Assembly: GCA_043814055.1 (NCBI GenBank)
Contig: JBDRKL010000009.1
Coordinates: forward strand, 1 to 64,000
Reading direction: 5' to 3'
DNA from: an archaeon
GTDB lineage: Archaea > Undinarchaeota > Undinarchaeia > Undinarchaeales > JBDRKL01
Length of the DNA: 64,000 nucleotides
Position 1 is the stretch's first letter. Every line of letters starts with the position of its first letter. Below the pieces are notes generated by a model. It was not told the DNA's origin, searched no databases, and worked only from the letters and a program-made list of their open reading frames with translations. Position numbers and translations under genes: made by a program. This document shows positions 58,230 to 64,000 of this stretch, piece after piece.

Positions 58230-58940
58230 GCAGAAAAGATACAGGAAGGGGATTTCATCACAATAGATTACATTGGGCGTGTCAAGGACACGGGAATGAT
58301 TTTTGACCTCACGAATGAGGAGATTGCGAAAAAGGAAGGCCTGAACACAGAGGGTACGGTTTACGGCCCTGTCACGGTTGTTGTAGGAGCTAGGCATGTT
58401 GTGCCTGGGCTTGACAAACAGCTCAGCTCGCTCAGCGTGGGGGAGAAGAAAAAGATTGACATTGAATCAGCTGATGCATTCGGCAGCAAGGACGCTGAAC
58501 TCGTGAAGCTCGTTCCAATGAATGTTTTCAAGAGGCAGAAGGTGAACCCGATTCCGGGAATGCCTGTTGAGCTTGAAAGGCAGAAGGGAATTGTGAAATC
58601 AGTGAGCGGCGGCCGCGTTAAAGTGGATTTCAATCACCCGCTTGCTGGAAAAACACTGGAATATGAGGTTGAGGTCAAGGGAAAAATAATCAAGGCTGAG
58701 GAGCAGGTTAGAAGCATACTCAAACTGCACGTGCCAAGTGTTGAAATTAAGGACGTCAAGATAGCGGTTACGGAAAAAGAAGTTGAAATTAGCACGCCGA
58801 ATGAGATGCAAACCAGAAGGTATATAAACCTAACAGAGGAAATAACTGCACGAGATATACTTAAGTACGTCAAGGGGGCAAATCGCGTGCGGTTTGTTGA
58901 TGTATTTGAAAAGGGAGAATCTAATATTAAAAACTCTTAG
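58227..58940 (+). CDS. FKBP-type peptidyl-prolyl isomerase (long archaeal SlyD-like)
   Basis: GDFITIDYIG..FD, VDFNHPLAGKTL. Confidence 0.92.
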   Translation: MAEKIQEGDFITIDYIGRVKDTGMIFDLTNEEIAKKEGLNTEGTVYGPVTVVVGARHVVPGLDKQLSSLSVGEKKKIDIESADAFGSKDAELVKLVPMNVFKRQKVNPIPGMPVELERQKGIVKSVSGGRVKVDFNHPLAGKTLEYEVEVKGKIIKAEEQVRSILKLHVPSVEIKDVKIAVTEKEVEISTPNEMQTRRYINLTEEITARDILKYVKGANRVRFVDVFEKGESNIKNS

Positions 58941-58952
58941 AGGGAGGAAAAA

Positions 58953-60050
58953 ATGAAGCTTATGAAACATGAAGAGGGCACTGGTAAACTTTATCAGATG
59001 CCGTCAAATCCTAACTTGGAAGACCTTGTAAGGACAAAGAGAACTTCCATAAAAGTTATAGGAGCAGGCGGAGCAGGAAACAACACAATCAACCGATTGA
59101 TGGACATTGGTGTGGAAGGAGCAGACTGCATCGCAATCAACACAGACGCGCAGGACCTGCTTTACACCAACGCACACAGCAAGGTACTCATAGGCAAAGA
59201 GATTACCGGCGGGCTTGGAGCTGGAAGCGACCCACAGGTTGGCGCTGAAGCGGCCAAGGAAGATGAGAAGGAACTTAAGGAAGTTCTTCATGGCGCAGAC
59301 CTTGTTTTTGTCACATGCGGTCTTGGCGGCGGAACCGGAACAGGCAGCGCGCCAATTATCGCAGAGCTTGCAAAGAAGACCAAGGCGCTCACAATTGGAA
59401 TCGTAACACTGCCGTTCAGCATTGAAGGCGCTGTCCGATGGGAAAACGCACAGGCAGGACTCAGCGCGCTGCGCGAGAACACAGACACAGTTATTGTAAT
59501 ACCAAACGACAAGCTTCTTGAAATTGTCCCTGAACTTCCACTCAATGCAGCCTTCAAGGTTGCGGATGAGATTCTTGTGAACGCAGTGCGCGGAATCACT
59601 GAACTCGTCACTAAGGAAGGACTCGTGAACTTGGACTTCGCTGACATAAGGACAATAATGAGAGACGGCGGAACCGCGATGATAGGCCTTGGCGAGTCAG
59701 ATACCGAGGAGAAAGCAAGGGACGCTGTTGAGAAAGCACTTACAAACCCGCTTCTGGACATTGACATCACTGGCGCAAAGGGCGCACTGATAAATGTCAT
59801 CGGCGGCTCTGACATGACCCTGCAGGATGCGCGGGTTGTGATGGAAGCAGTTTCAGACAAGCTTGACTCGAATGCACGGATAATCTGGGGCGCACGAATT
59901 GACCCAGATCTTCAGAACCTTATGCGAGTCATGCTGGTTGTCACAGGACTGAAACAGCAGAAGCAGATTCTCGGCCCAGAGGGCGTTGAGGAAAAAAAGG
60001 TTTACAGAAGCAAGATGGAGAAGGAATACGGCATCGAGTTCGTCGGATAA
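58953..60050 (+). CDS. ftsZ: Cell division protein FtsZ
   Basis: [23 protein letters not shown]. Confidence 0.98.
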   Translation: MKLMKHEEGTGKLYQMPSNPNLEDLVRTKRTSIKVIGAGGAGNNTINRLMDIGVEGADCIAINTDAQDLLYTNAHSKVLIGKEITGGLGAGSDPQVGAEAAKEDEKELKEVLHGADLVFVTCGLGGGTGTGSAPIIAELAKKTKALTIGIVTLPFSIEGAVRWENAQAGLSALRENTDTVIVIPNDKLLEIVPELPLNAAFKVADEILVNAVRGITELVTKEGLVNLDFADIRTIMRDGGTAMIGLGESDTEEKARDAVEKALTNPLLDIDITGAKGALINVIGGSDMTLQDARVVMEAVSDKLDSNARIIWGARIDPDLQNLMRVMLVVTGLKQQKQILGPEGVEEKKVYRSKMEKEYGIEFVG

Positions 60051-60085
60051 AGCCGCACTCGTTCCCTGACCCTTTTTGAGACCAG

Positions 60086-60241
60086 ATGAGGAAAATAAGA
60101 GATTATCTGCGCATATTGAAAGTGGCAAAGAAGCCCACGTTTACCGAGTACAAAACAATCCTGAAGGTTACGGGCATCGGCGTCATAATCATAGGCGCAA
60201 TCGGCTTTGCAGTAAGAATGCTGGCCAATCTCATAAAATAG
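60086..60241 (+). CDS. secE: Protein translocase SecE/Sec61-gamma (not in the ORF track)
   Basis: MRKIRDYLRILKVAKKPTFTEYKTILKVTGIGVIIIGAIGFAVRMLANLIK; ftsZ-secE-spt5 order. Confidence 0.92.
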   Translation: MRKIRDYLRILKVAKKPTFTEYKTILKVTGIGVIIIGAIGFAVRMLANLIK

Positions 60242-60796
60242 GTGATTTCTTTGGGAATATACGCGATACGAACAACTGCAAACAAGGAAAAGAATGTTGC
60301 GAGCAAGCTAGTTGACCGTATCGAGAGGGATAAGTTCCCGATTAGTTCAATAATCGTGCCTGGCTTGAAGGGCTACGTCCTCGTTGAGGGGGACAAGCAG
60401 GATATTGACAAGGCATACCGCGGAGTTGCGCACGCGCGCGGCCTCGTGGAAGGCGAGACAAGTGTCAACGAAATTGAGCACTTCCTAGCGCCAAAACCGG
60501 CTGCAACATCGCTTGAGGAGGGCTACACCATTGAAGTAACGTCCGGGCCGTTCAAGGGTGAGAAGGCAAAGATAATCAAGGTGGACAACACCAAGAATGA
60601 AGTCACTATTGAACTGCTTGAGGCAACAGTTCCGATTCCAATCACAGTCCCTGCTGAATCCGTGCGAGTGCTTGAGAGAGAGGGAAAAGAGAAGAAAGAC
60701 GGCGCAGAGGAAGCAGAAGAGAAAAAAGGAAAAGCTGATAAAGAAGAAAAGACAGAGGAGATAGAACCTGAGACGATTGATCCGTTTAAACTTTAG
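60242..60796 (+). CDS. spt5: Transcription elongation factor Spt5
   Basis: GYVLVE, KOW motif GPFKGEKAKI, VPIPITV. Confidence 0.95.
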   Translation: MISLGIYAIRTTANKEKNVASKLVDRIERDKFPISSIIVPGLKGYVLVEGDKQDIDKAYRGVAHARGLVEGETSVNEIEHFLAPKPAATSLEEGYTIEVTSGPFKGEKAKIIKVDNTKNEVTIELLEATVPIPITVPAESVRVLEREGKEKKDGAEEAEEKKGKADKEEKTEEIEPETIDPFKL

Positions 60797-60798
60797 AA

Positions 60799-61587
60799 AT
60801 GGTAGAAAAAATTAAGTCACTTGTTGAGGGAGGCAAGGCATCCGCCGGACCTCCGCTTGGCCCTGCGCTGGGACCTCTAGGAGTGCCCATAAACAAGGTG
60901 ATTGAAGCCATTAACGAGAAGACCAAAGACTACAAGGGGATGCAGGTTCCTGTTACTGTTTCTGTTGACCCGAAGACAAAGGCTTTTGAAATTGAAGTCG
61001 GCTCACCTCCTGTTTCAGCATTGATAAAAAAAGAACTCAACCTGGATAAGGGCTCAGGAAGCCCGAAGAGCGAGAAGGTCGCGAACATGGCTATTGAGCA
61101 GGCAATCAAGATTGCAAAGATGAAGGAAGACGCGATTCTTGCAAAGGACCTAAAAGCCCGCGTCAAATGCGTTATTGGCACTTGCGTTTCAATGGGAGTA
61201 CTTGTTGAAGGGAAAACCCCGCAGGAAACTACTGCAGATATCAACGCGGGAATTTATGATCAACCAATTTCTGAGGTAAGGACTGAAGCGAGCGCAGAGA
61301 AGCTGGCAAAGCTTGAAGCACAGAAGAAGGAGCTCGCTGCGGCAGCTGCAAAGGCACATGAGGAAGAGGAAAAGAAGGGCAAGGATATTCTGGAGAGCAT
61401 GAAGAACAAGGACAAGGCAGATATCCGCGCTGCGATGAAGGCAGAAGGACTAAGCACTGCGATAGTAATGAAGCTCGTGCCGGAAGATGTGGTTGTAGCC
61501 GAGGGTGCAGAAGGCGCGGCAGCCGAGGGCGAGAAGAAGGAAGGAGCAGCAGCTCCGGCAAAAGAAGAGAAGAAGAAAGAAGAATAA
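60799..61587 (+). CDS. rpl11: 50S ribosomal protein uL11 with long C-terminal extension
   Basis: GGKASAGPPLGPALGPLG, GTCVSMGV. Confidence 0.96.
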   Translation: MVEKIKSLVEGGKASAGPPLGPALGPLGVPINKVIEAINEKTKDYKGMQVPVTVSVDPKTKAFEIEVGSPPVSALIKKELNLDKGSGSPKSEKVANMAIEQAIKIAKMKEDAILAKDLKARVKCVIGTCVSMGVLVEGKTPQETTADINAGIYDQPISEVRTEASAEKLAKLEAQKKELAAAAAKAHEEEEKKGKDILESMKNKDKADIRAAMKAEGLSTAIVMKLVPEDVVVAEGAEGAAAEGEKKEGAAAPAKEEKKKEE

Positions 61588-61618
61588 TTATAAATACTTC
61601 TCAGGATTATTCGGTTCT

Positions 61619-62029
61619 ATGGCAGAATTACTTGGACTTGCTTGGGACGCCTGGCTTATGGGCATTATAGTTATCGTATTGTCAGTCGTGACTGCGTACA
61701 TTTTCATATGGAAAGTCGTGGGCGCGCTGAGGCAGTACCTTGACCGCTATATTGGCGACCACAAGCTGAGCGATGCGCTGATAAGGCTGCTCGGACTCTC
61801 AATACTGTTCAGCGCGCTTGACATTGGCTTTAACAATCTGCAGATACAATATATTTCAACCGTGCTTGAGCCCATCATAGACGTTGCGCTGATGGCACTG
61901 AGCATGCTCCGCTGGGGCGTTTACATAGCCGCCCTGCTGTTCATTGGGTTTGCAATATACCACGCGTCCACTAAAACAAAGGGAGCAGAACCAGCAGCTC
62001 AACAGCAGTACCAGCAACCACAGCAATAG
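61619..62029 (+). CDS. 3-TM membrane protein with Gln-rich tail
   Basis: Hydrophobic ORF. Confidence 0.6.
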   Translation: MAELLGLAWDAWLMGIIVIVLSVVTAYIFIWKVVGALRQYLDRYIGDHKLSDALIRLLGLSILFSALDIGFNNLQIQYISTVLEPIIDVALMALSMLRWGVYIAALLFIGFAIYHASTKTKGAEPAAQQQYQQPQQ

Positions 62030-62111
62030 AATTTGTGGACAAAGAGCCTACTTTATGGACTGACTCCTTTTATTCATAAAGATTAAATAAGCATATTTGT
62101 TATGTAAGGAT

Positions 62112-62978
62112 ATGAAAAAGTTATCAAAAATTCTATTGATAATAGGTATTATATTACTTATTCTTTCTATTGGAGCTATACTTCAAGCAACAAAATTTGT
62201 TTCTGAAGCAAAATCTATGCTTGAATCTAGAGACGCACAAGAAATTGAGTTATATTCTCCGGGGGAGATAGCAGAAGCGGAACTGAGCTGTTCATGGAGT
62301 GCAGATACAATGTTTAAACAACCGAACGAGGTAGTTAATATTATTACTGAAGAAGAAGCTAAAGATTATCTAGAATCTTATTATGCAAATACTATTTCTA
62401 GGGTTAAAAGTCAACCATTACTTCAATATTTCTCTTCGATTACCCTACTTGAAAGAGATAGTGATATCTTTGTCAAGATTGATAACAATCTTTGTTCAAA
62501 ATTATTTCCAATAACTGGTTTCAAATTTGAAGGAAAGTATGGTAATAGCATTGTAAATAGTTATTTAGTCACTAAAGCCGGAGAAGTATATCAGTATAAT
62601 CTAAATAAAGATAATTGTGTTGAATCTTACTTAGAACATTGTTTATCTAACACTGAAAATGAAAAGCTAGAACCTCTCGTTCCTTTAATCTCTACAGTGA
62701 TTATAGAAGAAGATGTAATTCGAGATGTAGAAACTAGAATCGCTCCTAGCAAAACAGCAGTAGATAATAATTGTATGTTTATAGATTATTCAGATATTCA
62801 AAAAGAGATTGCAGAAATAAGGGAGTCTAAAGGTTACATTGTAACTTTAACTATACGAGGAGACATAGAAAAAAGGGTTTATGATTGGGGCTCATGCCAA
62901 CCTGTTGAAATAAGGTCAATTTGCGGAGCTCATGAATGGCAGTGTATTAATGTTAAAGAAGTTATAGGTGTCGTATAA
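62112..62978 (+). CDS. AT-rich membrane-anchored hypothetical protein
   Basis: N-terminal TM helix; composition differs from flanks. Confidence 0.6.
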   Translation: MKKLSKILLIIGIILLILSIGAILQATKFVSEAKSMLESRDAQEIELYSPGEIAEAELSCSWSADTMFKQPNEVVNIITEEEAKDYLESYYANTISRVKSQPLLQYFSSITLLERDSDIFVKIDNNLCSKLFPITGFKFEGKYGNSIVNSYLVTKAGEVYQYNLNKDNCVESYLEHCLSNTENEKLEPLVPLISTVIIEEDVIRDVETRIAPSKTAVDNNCMFIDYSDIQKEIAEIRESKGYIVTLTIRGDIEKRVYDWGSCQPVEIRSICGAHEWQCINVKEVIGVV

Positions 62979-63153
62979 TCTATCTTATACTCCCCCCATA
63001 GCGCAACAGGGCAAAAGGAATGCTTAACTAATTCTGTTTAAAAAGTGACACTTGTTTTCGACTTATTAAACAAAGCTGTAGCAATAGAAACCTTTAAAAA
63101 GGTCTTGCTACATTAGAATAGCTCACCACTAACTGCTTCGGCAGTAGGACAAC

Positions 63154-63891
63154 ATGGAAGTTAAAGAAATCGTTGAATCCGTAAAGGCAGCCCGTGACGG
63201 CGCCAAAAAGCGAGGTTTTATCCAATCCTTCGACCTAGCCCTGAATCTAAAAGGCTTGGACTTGAAGAAGCCAGAGGGCAAGATTAAGGAAGAGGTTGTT
63301 CTCCCGCACGGCCGCGGAAAAAATATTACTGTTGCAGCTTTTGTTGAGGGTGAAGTCGCTGAAAGCGCGAAGAAAGCTGGCATTGAAACGCTCATAAACA
63401 AGGCAAAACTCTCTGAGCTCGGCGCGAACAAGAAGGAAGCAAAGAAGTTGTGCTCAAATTTTGATTTTCTCATAGCCCAGCCAGACCTAATGGCTGAGGT
63501 AGGCAAGAACCTTGGCGCTATTCTCGCGCCGAGGGGAAAAATGCCAAAACCAGTCCCGCCAAAAGGAGACCTGAAACCAGTTCTTGAAAGGCTCAAGCGG
63601 CTCGTGAACCTTCAGAATAAGGGTCAGCCTGTAGTTCACTGCCTGGTCGGAATTGAAACAATGGAAGATATGCAGATTGCGCAGAACATTGAGGCGGTTT
63701 ACAATGCAGTCACCAAAAAGCTTCCGCGTGGCGATGCCAACATAAAGTCCGCGCACGTCAAGCTCACAATGGGCCACGCAGCCAGAATTGGCGGCGAAAC
63801 CGCAATGAGCAAGGCAGGCGCAGAGGAGTCAAAAACTATTAACCACGAACTACCAACTACAAACTCCAAAAAGGATGGTGATTTAAAATGA
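63154..63891 (+). CDS. rpl1: 50S ribosomal protein uL1
   Basis: LPHGRG, LAPRGKMP, VKLTMG. Confidence 0.96.
   Translation: MEVKEIVESVKAARDGAKKRGFIQSFDLALNLKGLDLKKPEGKIKEEVVLPHGRGKNITVAAFVEGEVAESAKKAGIETLINKAKLSELGANKKEAKKLCSNFDFLIAQPDLMAEVGKNLGAILAPRGKMPKPVPPKGDLKPVLERLKRLVNLQNKGQPVVHCLVGIETMEDMQIAQNIEAVYNAVTKKLPRGDANIKSAHVKLTMGHAARIGGETAMSKAGAEESKTINHELPTTNSKKDGDLK
63834..63868 (+). repeat. Five degenerate 7-nt tandem repeats in the uL1 tail
   Basis: AACTATT AACCACG AACTACC AACTACA AACTCCA. Confidence 0.65.
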
Positions 63892-64000
63892 GAGACGGCA
63901 CAGTACCAGAGTGGAAAATAAAGGCCGTGTCCGACCTCGCCAACCTAATCAAGGAGTACCCAGTGGTGTGCGCGATAAACCTGCAGGGGCTTCCAGCAAA
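63888..64000 (+). CDS. rpl10: 50S ribosomal protein uL10 (P0), truncated by the window edge
   Basis: MRDGTVPEWKIKAVSDLANLIKEYPVV..GLPA after uL1. Confidence 0.88.
   Translation, partial: MRDGTVPEWKIKAVSDLANLIKEYPVVCAINLQGLPA

Noticed and set aside
60076-60315. Track ORFs of 79 aa (+) and 67 aa (-)
   Set aside because: The real gene is secE in another frame (60086-60241)
1-64000. CRISPR array, cas genes, transposase or integrase
   Set aside because: No regularly spaced repeats or recognisable motifs seen; the repeats found are dispersed

Overview
Archaeal chromosome segment. The information-processing genes are archaeal (TFB, RpoD, eS19/eL31/eL39/eL20, Spt5, aTrm56, BHB-intron tRNAs, 7S SRP RNA), and the small wHTH genes and Cys-rich surface proteins suggest a DPANN-type lineage (inference). 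It holds three ribosomal-protein clusters, a de novo purine/GMP/CTP cluster, a DpnII-like R-M pair, five tRNAs (two with introns), SRP RNA, tRNA-modification genes and several large surface proteins. The most unusual content is three families of short structured repeats read directly from the sequence. Family A is a 50-nt double hairpin found in frame inside uS11, FtsY and eL20 (peptide ASPxxNAxAxPPxAxG), as a free intergenic copy, and between tRNA 3' ends and degenerate duplicates of those ends. Family B is a CAAxCTTTT..AAAAGxTTGAxxAAAA element found at ncRNA 3' ends and inside tRNA introns. Family C is a leader whose hairpin covers the downstream Shine-Dalgarno/start region; five of six copies are an open mini-ORF ending on the next start codon. 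Next to tRNA-Gln lies an AT-rich gene with six tandem HTH repeats fused to a PD-(D/E)XK-like nuclease. Protein calls come from motif recognition only; no database search was run.
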